The notes: generated by a model from the letters alone, not told the origin. 64,000 nucleotides of DNA from Felis catus (GCF_018350175.1 NC_058368.1:150910001-150974000); one strand, 5' to 3'. Shown: positions 12,701-25,411, counted from the first letter of the stretch. Translations and numbers: made by a program.

Positions 12701-14978
12701 TATAAAAAGTTCATTGATACAGTCTAAAACTTTAATAATATTTACTTATTTTGGGTATAATCATAAACTGATTTGAAGGTATCATTGTGATTCATAGGTA
12801 CACTTCCAATAAAATGCAATGTTAAAACAAACAAAAATTTTCAAAGAATACATCCTATATCGCCCATGTTTAAGATTTGTTATGAATAAGTTAAGATCCA
12901 TAAAGAAATCAAATACTGGAACATGTTTTCAAAAGTTCCACTGACACATTAAAAATTCAAATATGTCGCAGATTTTACAGTGTTTTCTCCACATGCACCG
13001 ACAGAAACAATAATATATTTAATTGCTGACACTGGTATGATTTTACTTTACATTTACTAAGTGTATGAAAGTGTTTTTTCAATGCATTGGAGAAATCTGT
13101 TGTGTCTATTAATACATGAGGAATCCTAAATTTCTTCTGGGCCTGTTTAATCACTACACGTACTCTTCACTCTGGCCCACATACAAAATGCCTTCCAGAA
13201 AATGTAAGGCAACTCTGCCATGTTTCTTCATATTGGTACTGTGTCAAAATATGTTCTGTTCGAATACTAGAAATTAAACCTTAGTTTAGTTAAAATATTG
13301 CCAAAGTATTGGATTCTAAGTGTTTGTCTGGACAAACAATTAATACTTAAATGTTAAAAGACACTGGAATATTTTATGGATCTATTAAGCAATGAAAATG
13401 AACTATCTATGTTATAAATTTGGTAGATAGGGCTCATGTGTTGCATTCATTTATAATTTTCATGCTTTATATGAAACTATGTAATTGATGCTTACAGTAT
13501 AACCAAAATTTTCGCTGTCTTCATAAAAACACATGGAGCAGATGTAAAATTAAGCATTTCAGAGTATTTTACTACTCCAATATTGTTTTAATTTGTTCTA
13601 AAAATCACGTCTGTCTCTAAATTTTATTTATGAAAAATCAACTTCCAGTATTAAATAGATATGTTTTATAAATACTGAGTTGGGCCCTGATAGATATTTT
13701 TCTTTAGATTTGCTAAAGAGGAAAATATAATAATTTGGTGGCAAGCATCTGTCTGGTAATCATATATGATAAATTCATAAGAAATACAGGAAAGATATTT
13801 ATTTACTGTTACTGCTAAGCCAGTCTTTATTTATCTTAGAAGATTTTTCATCTATGAGTGGAAAACAAACTTTCCTTCAAGAGGTCTGTGAACCGAATAA
13901 TAAATGTCAGGTCTAAATCCTGTATGAAAATCAGTCCGGTTTAATCCTGGATATTCTTCAGCATGCAAATGAAGACTAGAGGTTTCCCTGGGCCCGCTGT
14001 CATACAGACAGCCAATTTACAGACCCTGGCACAGTGTATGTGTTATGGGCTCGCTGGCTGCCCCTCCCCCCTAGCCTAAGACTTGGTCTCAGCTGCCTGC
14101 CTTTCACAGAAAACCACAAACCAAGGAAACATATCAGTAATAGCGCCCTGTAAATTAACTTGACATTTGATGCAGAAAAAACCCTAAAAGCTTACAAAAG
14201 ACATTGAAAACAAAAGCCACTCAGGACCCACACTACATATATTGTGGATTTAAGAGATCTGGAAGGTGGTTATTCTATTGTAACCAACACATACAGCCTT
14301 CATCTTCTTTGTTAAGACAATTCAGTCATTCTTTGTTACAGGCATAGTATCCGTCAAACAAGAAAACAATATTTTCCACTAGAAAAAAAAAAACCCTAAA
14401 AGTCCAACTCGTATTATAATAATAATTCAACCAATGGGTTTCTTTTACATTGAAAAATAAAGCTATACATTCCTAATGTGGAAAAAAAAAGATGCTAAAA
14501 ATCAGCCTTTATGTTTCCTTGGTAAATAAGATATGTTGACATTGCTGAGATGTAAATAATGTAAGACACGTTGGAAAATGGTGTGAATCTTGCTGAACAT
14601 GAAGTATTCACAAATATGTTGTGTCTTAAAATTTTGCCATTCAAGAGATTTAATTTTTGTGTGTGTGCTTGGCAACCCCAGAATCCTTTTTATAGGGAAA
14701 AAAAAGGGGGGTTCAAAGAAGGACTATTGATAAAATATTAAATGATTCTTTGACATCAGCTGCCGTGTGGAGCTAGAGTGAGGCACACAGCATATTTAAG
14801 CCATTAGACATGCAGGAATGTTAACATTATTATGCGTTATTGTGTCTGGCTATGTTCACCCACACACACACTCTTCTTCTCAATCTCTCCCCCCCTCCAT
14901 TTCTCACTCACTTTCCCTCCCTTCTTCCCTCCTCCCCACCTTTCTCAGTGTCTCTCCTTCCACTCCCTCCCTCTGCAG

Positions 14979-15041
14979 GACCTGCTACACTGCATCTTAC
15001 AAATGTCTGGCCTTATAGTTTACAAGCACAGAACTGTACTG
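14979..15041 (+). other. candidate 63-nt cassette exon (host gene unknown)
   Basis: ~110-nt pyrimidine tract ending ctctgcag|G at 14978/14979; donor CTG|gtaaaa after 15041; length divisible by 3; two of three frames open. Confidence 0.3.
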
Positions 15042-17839
15042 GTAAAAATGCATAATCTTAGCATCTGTGCTTCTTGATATTCATGGATTTATTTACAAGT
15101 CCCTGTGTTCTACTTTTTTTTGCCTGTTTCTATGGTTTATATTACTGTCATGCCTATATTCTTGTGGGAATTTCAAATAAGAATCAAGATATAACTGGCA
15201 AATATTCTGTAATGCAGTCTGCATTTCCATAATTTAGCTGTTTTTTAAAAGAGACAATTTAAAGAGGTTTATGGACTTAAGGATATATGAAGAGTATTCT
15301 GATTGGCTTTTTTTTTTACTTCAACTGCTTAAGGTTCAGTTTGTGTAAAATGGATGTAATAAAATAAATTTATGTACATATATGTGCTTGTGTATATGTA
15401 AATGCATTTAGAATGAAAAAGTTCATAAATCTCAGTCAAATTTACTGATTAAGTTCACTATATTCACATTTGGCAACATTAAGATATTCCACAAAAGGGT
15501 TCAAAGGTAAAAGGCTAGCATTTTATTTCTTCTTTAGAGTCTAACCTGCAAAAATGCTTAAATATTTACAAAGCAAGTATTTGGGTTCCCGTGTTTCTCC
15601 AGCCCTCAACACACATCTCCTCCCTTTCGTGGAGCTGGTTTAAGGGAAGCCTTTTAGTACACATCACCAGTGCCAAAGAATGTGGGTATTTTTCCTTTTT
15701 TAAGCTGTAAAGACACAAATTCTTTTGAATAATTAACACTAAAACCAGAAATTTAGCTTACTTTACAGTAATCTTCAATTCTTTTCCTACCTATCTCCAC
15801 CCCAAAATACAATTCCACGTTCATATTATCAATGCATTTATTTTTAGGGATTAATATCCTCTAGTTTAATGTAATATTGAAATCTGAGAAGTCCATGTAT
15901 ATGCTTTGCTGTTTATAGCTCCAGTTTAATTACTGTGTGTTAAACTGCCTAGACAGCGAAATGAATTTATGAATATCTTCAAGACAGCCATAGTTTGGAA
16001 CTGCACACGAGAGAAAATGGCATGGTGGGGGACACTGCATTAAATGATCTTTATGTCAGTATTCTCAAAAATTCACATTCTATGTAGGGAAATGTTAAAT
16101 GTGAGAACATTATGATAAAGGCTTGTTATAGTCCTAAAGTATGGGATATGTAAAATGCAAAGATTTTCACATGTACAGTTATAACACATGCTAAGCAGCA
16201 TAGATTATTAAGCAAGATTCATTCCTTTATTGGAGAGGGAGGGGAGTAATTTACAGACAAGAGCTAAGCAATTCTGTTTAACACAAGTCTGTCTAGTTGA
16301 TTGTAAGGCATGTGTAGTATTTTTCCAAAGCCCGTCATCAGTAGTAAAGCAATTTACAGCTCAGGATATTTTTTAGAAGATACTCATTTTATTAAGAGTC
16401 AATAAGATAGGTTGTGCAGAAAGATATACATGTATTTGCAATGCATATTGTTGCTGTGTTCCTATTGTGTTCTGAGCTTCCATCATGGCTGGGAGATGGG
16501 AAGCTGGCATGTTAGTGTAGGAGGGTAAGACAGAAAGCCCCAAATAAACACTTACAGCATTTTCAAATGATCTCTAATTATAACCACGTTTCTTTTTCTT
16601 TTTTTTTTTTCTGAGGTGGGCGGGGGGAGTGGTAGAAAGAAGATGATTATGAGTGCAGATCATATCCATGCTATTAAATAATATTAATAATTCTTTTGGT
16701 CCAAGCGATGATGTTTTCATTCTGGACTTTCAAGCACCTCAGTCTACCCATTCAAAGCGATGACAGAAAAATGAATCTGAATGTGTAGGCATTAAACATT
16801 TAAATTCTCTACTCCCTGGTCATTATACCAACTGTCATATTTTATACCTTCCCCTCCCCCACTATGCTTTTGCTGATTTGACTTCATTTACATTGGCTCA
16901 TTATGCATCTGGTCTTTGTTCTATTGAACAGAATACAGTACAGTGACAAAGCAAAACTTACACGTCGTCCGAAATATTTTTCTGATTTAAAAATAAGGTT
17001 TCACAACTTAAATTTACATTTAACTTGTTTAAATTGGAAGCAAGTCTTTTCTTATACAATAACTATAATCTATATGCAATTATTTTAAAAGTGGTTAAAA
17101 TTACCTCAAAATGTCATTAGGAAATGACATTTAAGACCTTTTATAACAAATATTCTATTGCTACCTAGGCAATATTATCCTATTAGAAGTATTAAGTTGT
17201 TCTTTCCAACTCTCTGAATTTCTATGTAGGCCCAAGGAGCAAGCTTTTATCTATTTTACATGAAGTTCATTGTTTAGAGCTGTCCCTTATGGGTCTTATT
17301 TTAATGTATCAAACAACAAAGGTAATGTCAATCCTTTAAAAAAAAAAAAAGATTCCTGCTTTGCATTTCTTGCAATTAAAAGGTTTTCTGATTTACAAAT
17401 CAAATTTTCATCAAATTAAAAGGAAGTCCTAGCTGACCGATCAACATGGAAAAATATGAAAGTTACATTGAACTTTAAATGTCTATCCCCATGACAGTGT
17501 ATACTATCTTTTCATTTGTTACAACCAATGGAGACATGGGATTAATCTAATACAGCCTAATTAAACACCCATTGACACATGAGAGTCTTTAATGGTACTA
17601 GAGGCACAAATGCTACTTTGTATCACAGTTATATTTGCATTTATTTTAAGTTAGACAACAGATATTTTTGAATACAAAGACAATAGGAAAAAAATATGGG
17701 GGAGCAGGCTTTTGAAAATGGAAGCAATTTCATGTTTCCTGCAAAGATAATTTCTATATGCACAATTCAGGTTTCATTCCAGACACTCTGACCAATGTGC
17801 TTTTCTAATTTTTGTTATTTATCAAAATGTATAACCATG

Positions 17840-18050
17840 GATACAGTGGCTACATGTCTGGAGCACCATCTTGGAAGTAAGCATCATCATGTTTTCTTGG
17901 CTCTGTTAATAACCAATTATGTAACCTCTGGCCTCTCTCTTAATCTGCACATGCCTTGATTTTTTTCATCTATGAAAAGGGAATATTTGTCCTTTACCTA
18001 CCTCTATTGGGCTATTGCCAAGTTTAATTAGAATAATATACTGTTCTTAA
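17840..18050 (+). mobile_element. MIR SINE, degenerate
   Basis: tgtaacctctggcctctctcttaatctg...gccttgatttttttcatctatgaaaaggg resembles the MIR core. Confidence 0.6.
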
Positions 18051-19035
18051 GAAGAAAGTATGTTATGAATAGACACTTTCAGTTTTCTCACTGATTAATT
18101 TTACCATACTGAGGGGAAACGCAGTGTTGTTTATTTGTCTATATTCAATCAATCTCTTATACATAAGTTTGGCACTTTGGGTTCTAGAGTTAATGAAAAT
18201 AAAATGTAAAGATTGGATATTTTGGAGGTGGAAGCAATCACCCCCATCTTGGCAATTTATATTATATAACCTTGTTATCATCTGCAAGATATTTCTATGA
18301 GCATAAACGGTTTTAGAAGATGGCTTTTACAGAAATGGTCAACACATTAGTAATCAGAATGAGTGCAAGCAAGCCTCTAAAAAAAAACCTAGAAATTTGG
18401 CAAAAAATTCTTATTCCACTGGCACCTTAAGAGAAAGTAAATTAAAGTGTTTAAACTATAGTTGCTTTTACAATGCCTTTTCTTTTGAGTCCTAGAAATT
18501 TTAGATACTGGATAATATGAAACTCTGATGTAGAAATCTGTATGATTATATCATTTGAGTATTTATTAGGACTTATCAAGGAGCATTCCCAAACTCAATA
18601 CCATTTCCAAAATATACACTGGACACAATTAACTTTATTTCCATTTCAAGGATTAAAATGGTGTGATTTAATTTCTTCACATTTCAATTGAATTATCTAT
18701 TAAATGATGACACTGAGCTAGATTATCAAAAATACCCTTCCCAGATCCAAAGTTAATGTGGCCAGTATTTGGATAGATCATTCTTAGAATTTTAGGCACA
18801 TAAGTGTCACACCCAAATCTAAATGAGACTTTGGCAGGTATTTGTTCATTTATTTGATGAATGTTTATTAAACACTGAACATATGCCAGGAATTCATTAA
18901 ATTCTTAAAAGCTAGAAAAGGAGCAGGTTTGGAGGCAAAGATAAAAATTACCTTACTAAAGTCTAAGATCAGAGTCTATGAACATCTAATGACTTGACAC
19001 AACAGAGTTAGGTGTGTTTTAAAAATATTAGTGGG

Positions 19036-19917
19036 TATGGTAGATAGTATTAGTGTTCACTAATATCCTGTGTCTGTCCCTGCAGGAGGGTTATACCTCC
19101 CTGCCTTCATGAAGTCAGGCTAGGATATGTGGATTGCTTTAGCTAATGACATATAAGCAGAAGTAATAGGTGTCATTTGCAGCAGGAAAATTTAAGAATC
19201 AGTCCTTATTTTGCCATGCTTTCTTTTCCCTTTGCCACGGTTACCAGCAATGTTGTAAAGAGTTTCTACTCCACTAAAATGGGTCCCAGAGTAAAGGCTA
19301 CAATGACATCGAGCAAAAATGTCCAACTGATCCTAAATGGATATTAGAATGAGAAAGAAGAAAATAAACTTTTCTGTTAAGATACTAGGATTTGAAGATT
19401 GTATATTATCGACATATAACTAAGCCCAGTGGTTTGCAGAGTATAGTTTGGGGACCCCTTGGGACTCCAGAAGCTCTGGGGTAAAAATTATTTTCATAAT
19501 GATATGAAGATGTTATCTCCCCTTTTGCTCGCATTTCCTTACAAGTGCAAAGCAGAGCCTTCCAAGGTTCTACACGTTGTGTGATGTTGCAACATATTTG
19601 ATGCAGAAACTGGTATAAGAATCCAGTGCAGAAAGATTTGAAAAAATGTATAATGATGGCACTGTCCTTATTAATTTTTTTTGGAAAATTTAGTGATTTC
19701 ACACAAAGATGTGCTTTATGTTAACCTGCTGTGGATTTATTATTGCTATTTAAAAACTATAACTCTTTTTAAATTTTCTTTAGTTTCTAATATGAAAAAA
19801 AAACAGTGTATACAGTCCACTTCAACAAATGCTCTTTGGGAGTCTTCAGTAATTTTTAAAAGTAAAGAGACCAGAGACCAAATGTTGAGACTTATCCTAC
19901 CCTATTCTGACTATTCA
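19036..19917 (+). mobile_element. MaLR solo LTR (MLT1J-like), interrupted near its 3' end by a hAT element
   Basis: ttgctttagctaatgacatataagcagaagt and aaataaacttttctgttaagatactaggatttg; terminal ctaccctattctgactattca resumes after the insertion. Confidence 0.75.
19427..19896 (+). mobile_element. hAT-Charlie DNA transposon (Charlie4a-like)
   Basis: Begins CAGTGG; aaaattattttcataat and gatgcagaaactggtataagaatccag match the recalled Charlie4a consensus; ends ...gttgaga. Confidence 0.7.
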
Positions 19918-20582
19918 GTAGGTTCTACCAGGAATAGCTTATTAGGACTAATTAAGTCCTGTCATTTGTGGAGTGATGTGGATAGACAAACTATAACTTT
20001 AAAAGTATGGGTAGACATAAAAATTCTAGAAGGGACAGTAATTTCTCTGACACTGACAGTAATAACATCTTTTTGATATGTCTCCTGAGACAAGGAAAAC
20101 AAAAGCAAAAATAAACTATTGGGCCTACATCAAAGTAAAAAGCTTCTGCAGAGCAAAGAAACAACCAACAAAACTAAAGGACAACCTACTGAATGGGAGA
20201 AGATATTTGCAAACAACATATGTGATGAAGCGTTAGTATCCAAAGTACATAAAGAATTTATACATCTCAACATCCAAAAAACAACCCTATTTAAAGATGG
20301 GCATAAGACATGAATAGACATTTCTCCAAAGAAGTCATCCAGATGGCCAACAGACACATGAAATGATGCTCAATGTCACCCTCATCAAGGAAATGCAAAT
20401 CAAAACTACAATGAGATATCATCTTACACCTGATAGCACAGCTAAAAACAACAACACAAGAAACAAGAAGTGATGGCAAAGATGTAGAGAAAAAGGAACC
20501 CTTGTGCACTATTGATGGGAATATAAACCAGTGCAGCCACTGTAGAAGACAGTATGGAGATTCCTTAAAAAATTAAAAATAG

Positions 20583-20745
20583 GGGTGTCTGGGTGGCTCA
20601 GTCAGTTAAGTATCCGACTTTGACTCAGGTCACGATTTCATGGTTCATGAGTTAGAACCCCGCATTGGGCTCTGTGTTGACAGCTCAGAGCCTGGACCCT
20701 GCTTCAGATCCTGTGCCTCCCTCTCTCTCTGCCCCTCCTCTGCTA

Positions 20746-20801
<56 letters not shown>

Positions 20802-20817
20802 AAATAAACAAACATTA
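20583..20817 (+). mobile_element. CAN-SINE inserted in L1
   Basis: tRNA-derived head gggtggctcagtcagttaag, (CT)n tract, AATAAA tail; 16-bp TSD AAAAAATTAAAAATAG at 20567-20582 and 20818-20833. Confidence 0.95.
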
Positions 20818-21003
20818 AAAAAATTAAAAATAGAACTACCCTATGATCCAGTAATCACACTACTGGGTATTCACCCAAAAAATACAAAAACACAAATGCA
20901 TCCCTCTGTTTACTGCAGCATTATTTACAATAGCCAAGATATGGAAGTAACCCAAGTGTCTATCAATAGATGAATGGATGAAGAAGATGTGGTACATGCA
21001 CAT

Positions 21004-21004
<1 letters not shown>

Positions 21005-21035
<31 letters not shown>
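21005..21035. repeat. (CA)n microsatellite within L1
   Basis: About 15 CA units. Confidence 0.9.
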
Positions 21036-21037
<2 letters not shown>

Positions 21038-21861
21038 GAATATCATGCGGCCATAAAAAATGAAATCTTGCCATTTTTAACAACATGGGTGGAGAATATG
21101 ATGCTAGAGAATATGACGCTAAGTGAAATAGTAAGTCAGAGAAAGAAAAATACCATATTATTTCACTCATATGTGGCATTTAAGAAACAAAACAAATAAA
21201 GGTAAAAAAGAGATGGAGAGAGATAAACCAAGAAACAGACTCTTAACTATAGAGAACTGATGGTTACCAGAGGGGAGGTCAGTGGGGGAATGGGTGAAGT
21301 ATGTGATGGGGATTAAAGAGTAGTACACTTATGATGTGCACCGAGCAATGAGTAGAATTGTTGAATCACTATATTGTATTCCTGAAACTAATATAACACT
21401 GCATGCTGACTGTATTGGAATTAAAATAAAAAACTTAATAAAATAAAGTATGGTTTCATTATTTAGTTGTTTAACAGAATCAAATGGAACTTTTTTCATG
21501 TTGTATTCCAAAAAGGACAGTTGCTGCCTTAATGTAACTACTATAATACTTAGTCTAGACACAATAAACTATTCGTTGGTAGGATCTGAGAGAGTAGATT
21601 TTCCTCTTTATTTAATTGTAGAAGAGAGCAAATGTAATTTCTTGCACTAAGTATGAAAACACATAAGATAAATTATAAATTACCCTACAAATGTACAATT
21701 TGTCCAATTTATAGGGCAAGGGTAACGGGAAAAGGAACAGAAGCAAGAGCAGTTGTGAGATGTGAAAGTTTCAAATCATGCTTTTGACAACCATTCAGAC
21801 ATATTGTGACTGACCACTACAGACAATACCCAAGCAGCAAACAATCTGAATTAAAAATATT

Positions 21862-22103
21862 GGGGCGCCTGGGTGGCCCAGTCGGTTAAGCGTCCGACTT
21901 CAGCCAGGTCACGATCTCGCGGTCCGTGAGTTCGAGCCCCGCGTCGGGCTCTGGGCTGATGGCTCAGAGCCTGGAGCCTGTTTCCGATTCTGTGTCTCCC
22001 TCTCTCTCTGCCCCTCCCCCGTTCATGCTCTGTCTCTCTCTGTCCCAAAAATAAATAAACGTTGAAAAAAAAAAATTTAAAAAAAAAAATAAATAAAAAA
22101 TAA
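21862..22103 (+). mobile_element. young felid SINE (SINEC_Fc type)
   Basis: ggggcgcctgggtggc...cagccaggtcacgatctcgcggtccgtgagttcgagccccgcgtc with intact CpGs; TSD AAAAATATT at 21853-21861 and 22104-22112. Confidence 0.97.
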
Positions 22104-22778
22104 AAAAATATTTAGACCTGTCATCTCTCTTTCAGGCCAGCAGCTTCTATATCAATTTGCTGTCACTGGCATGTTGGTCCATAAATGTGTTTTCCTTTGT
22201 TTCAAGTATTGATGTGCATTCCTTCAAGCTCCTAAAGGGTCATAGGGATACCTTCTATGGAATTTGATTCCATCTCCACCCAGTGACCCTACCTAGTGCT
22301 CCAGGCAAGGGTAGGGTTCCATAAATCCAAGCAGGTTATAGAAAACAAAATCTCTACCTTCATAGCTATTGTCCAGCAATAAAATAAGTAGCCTGGGTAG
22401 GGGAGAAGTTTGAAAATGACTTTCTACCAAGTTAAATACACCTATCACTATAAAATCAATATCATATAAAATATTAAAGGGTTATTCAAGATTAAACAGA
22501 TCAAATCTAGCACCCATGTCCCATTGAAGAAATATTCTTGCCGTCCACCCTAATTCTGAGATGGGCCATGCTGTGTTCTGACTGCAGTACAGGGACATCT
22601 TCATTTAAATATATTCCCTTTCCTTATATCATTGAGTTGTAGACATTCTTAAAGGAGTTTATCATCTTAAAACATAAAATATTTCCTCTATAATTTCACT
22701 GGATTTGCCCTACAATTCCAGTTAACCAATCTTAAAGTGTTACGAGTATGTCCGTGTATGTATAATATGTGTAGGATT

Positions 22779-22957
22779 GGGGCACCTGGGTGGCTCAGTA
22801 AGTCGGTTCAGTATTCACCTCCAGCTCAGTTCATGATCTCATGGTTTGGAAGTTTGAGCCCCACATCGGGCTCTCTGCTGTCAGCCTGGAGCCTGCTTCA
22901 AATACTCTCTCCTCCTCTCTCTCTATCTGCCCCTCTCCCTCTCAAAAATAAATAAAC
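22779..22957 (+). mobile_element. CAN-SINE
   Basis: Head ggggcacctgggtggctcag; TSD ATAATATGTGTAGGA at 22762-22776 and 22958-22972. Confidence 0.95.
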
Positions 22958-22974
22958 ATAATATGTGTAGGACT

Positions 22975-23185
22975 TCCTAGCTTATGTACATTGACTACAC
23001 TGTATACATTATCTGATCTGTCTTCTTGACAAACTTGTGAGATAATTATCCTTACCCCATTTTATAAATAAAAAAGGCCTCCACTAGATTAAGAGATTTG
23101 TCCAGGAATATATATCTAGTAAGTACTGTAAAGAGAATTAAAACCAAGGACCAATTCCAGAATTATACTGCTTTTTAACTGTTAA
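22975..23185 (-). mobile_element. MIR SINE, degenerate
   Basis: attatccttaccccattttataaat...agattaagagatttgtccagga resembles the reverse MIR core. Confidence 0.6.
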
Positions 23186-23668
23186 GATATGAACATAACT
23201 GGTAAGTTTATTTTTAACTGTCTAGTAAAAAAGAAAGTATTGTATCCCTCAAATGATTTCTAAATTGTGTTACACAAACTGTTTATCCACAGTTTTAGTG
23301 TAAATATAAATGAGAGTTTTTACAGGAAAAGGAAAAGTTTTTACATACATTCCTGAGAAAAATGACTTCTGCTGAAGATTAAAATGTTTATTTTTCATTT
23401 GATTCTTTATCACGTCCTTGGTTAAATTTCTCCTTTGAAAAAATAATTCTATTTATAAATTTGAACAAAGCATAAACATTAACTGAAATAGATTGCCTTG
23501 AAAATAACCCAGAGATAATTATGCTTCAAATTTTTAAAAAAGGAATGTTATGGTAACACTTATCTTAAGATTTCTAGTAGGTTGGCTAATGGTGATAGTT
23601 AACACAATAGCTAATCCATTTGTATTTTCAGTAGGTATTACCATAAAAATAATTAAAAGGCTACATTT

Positions 23669-23880
23669 GGAGATGCTCAGTCAGCTCTGTGGCTCAGTCA
23701 GTTAAGCATCTGACTCTTGATTTTGGCTCAGGTCACGATCTCATGGTTCATGAGATCGAGCCCCTCGTTGGGCCCCGCACTGACAGTGCAGAGCCTGCTT
23801 GGGATCCTCTTTCTTCCTCTCTCTGCCTCTTACCCACTCTCTTGCTCTCTCAAAATAAATATAAATAAACTTAAAACAAA
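23669..23880 (+). mobile_element. CAN-SINE (ctcttgatttt subtype)
   Basis: gtggctcagtcagttaagcatctgactcttgattttggctcaggtcacgatc; degenerate TSD taaaaggc(ct)tacatt. Confidence 0.92.
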
Positions 23881-24062
23881 TAAAAGGCCTTACATTCAGA
23901 TTTTCTGGTGAATTATGAAAAATAATTTTGTGTGTCATTAAAATTCTCTAAAAACTCGGCTTCAAATATAGAACATAAAGTAATTTAAAGTTAGACGCAA
24001 ACAAAAAGCTCTATACTATGATTAAGAAAAGCAATAGATTAGAAAATCACTTTTTACTTTTT

Positions 24063-24271
24063 TTGTTTTTACAAAGACTTGCATTTTTTCATTAGCTACA
24101 AGAGTTTTATTTTTTTAATTTGTTTCAAGTTTTTATTTAAATTCCAACTAATTAACATAGAATGCAACACTAGTTTCAGGTGTAGAATTCAATGATTCTT
24201 CATTTACATATAATACCCACTGCTCATCACAACTGCCCTCCTTAATCACCTATTTAACCCATCCTCTAGCC
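24063..24271 (-). mobile_element. short carnivore L1 3' end with probable 3' transduction
   Basis: L1 3'UTR terminus (ctacacctgaaacta...ttggaatttaaataaaaac on -); two A-tails; 15-bp direct repeat CACTTTTTACTTTTT at 24048-24062 and 24272-24286. Confidence 0.85.
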
Positions 24272-25130
24272 CACTTTTTACTTTTTCCTAATGCAGTAAT
24301 CATAAAAGCAGAAGTTCTCATCCTTCTTTACCTTCAGAGTTTGATATAAAGAAACTATGAATCCCCAAACTCTCTGGATGAGTAGGAGGCCATTTCAGAA
24401 GGCGTGAATGTATGCGAAGACTAGCAAAGCACGATAGATGGAAGCCGACTCTATACTGAACTGCTATTTACTCTTTCTTTCTCTCTGGAAGTGTGAAATT
24501 CTACCTCAGGTTACTACAGAAATGTCTAGTGATTGTTGGGGTGTTCTAACTCTTATCTGACAGGAACATGCAAACCAAAGAAATATACTGATCTAGATGT
24601 TATTTTCTTAATATTTCAAAATTCGTAGTGTAACACCTCCTCAACATGATTTCTTTCTTTCCTTCCAAAGAGGAATATTTTCCCTTGGTGCTTCCATCTG
24701 ATTAGAATGGTTCCTCTCAGCCCTTTCCAAAGAGGATTCCCTTGGTTTTTAGCAACCTCGTAAACGATCCTCTTCTCACATCCTAAAAGATGCCTCTCTC
24801 TTTGAATGGGCTCTACAACCGCAACAACATGTATGTGAAACAATATGTATATGAGAACCACAGAGTAACCTATCAGACTCTTGATATTATAGATTTATCA
24901 TTCCTGGTCCCCCGTTGCACTATAGACTCCATGAAGATGAGGATCTTGTCATATTCATCAGATGCTCAACATGTGTTGAATAAACAAATGAGAGCCAGTG
25001 ACTCAGTGGTCTGTGTGGTGTAATCCACAATGACATCAGGTATAGATGCATATAGTGGGTGATGACACTAGTCCACAGGAGGATCAGCAAGCTCTTATAT
25101 GAGTCTAGGAAATATCTGTTGTTCATAGGG

Positions 25131-25411
25131 TAAATGGTTTCCTTTGGTGTCATTATAAATCTCAGAATTCTCAAAGGCCTCTTCCTTTGCTTTGGTGAAA
25201 TTTATGGGTCCATTATATACAGCACTTCTATCTGGAGGCAACACACTGCAGAAGTATAGACAGGGATTTTGCAGCCGGAATCCTTCAGTTCAAGTCTCAG
25301 TTTTGACACTTACTAGCCACACAATGTTGAGAATGTATCACTCACTTTCAAAATCTGCTGGGCTTGAAGGATATGCAAAGAACACAACACAATGCCAAAC
25401 ACAGTAGGTGC
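25131..25411 (+). repeat. local duplication copy 1 (unique flank + MIR)
   Basis: Shares exact 16-mer AATTCTCAAAGGCCTC and 23-mer CACTTCTATCTGGAGGCAACACA with 26650-26958 at offset ~1520. Confidence 0.85.

Larger units (their letters stand above)
20011..21444 (+). mobile_element. 5'-truncated carnivore L1 (ORF2 C-terminus + 3'UTR)
   Basis: ORF2 remnants (KGQPTEWEKIFAN; KIELPYDPVITLLGIHPK); A-rich tail; TSD AAAGTATGG at 20002-20010 and 21445-21453; TTT/AAAA endonuclease site. Confidence 0.92.

Noticed and set aside
1..18800. Naming the host or neighbouring gene
   Set aside because: No exon or RNA gene here that I can recognise; needs a genome alignment
21862..21950. tRNA-like A/B-box heads as tRNA genes
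   Set aside because: They are the tRNA-derived heads of CAN-SINEs, with CT tract, A-tail and TSD
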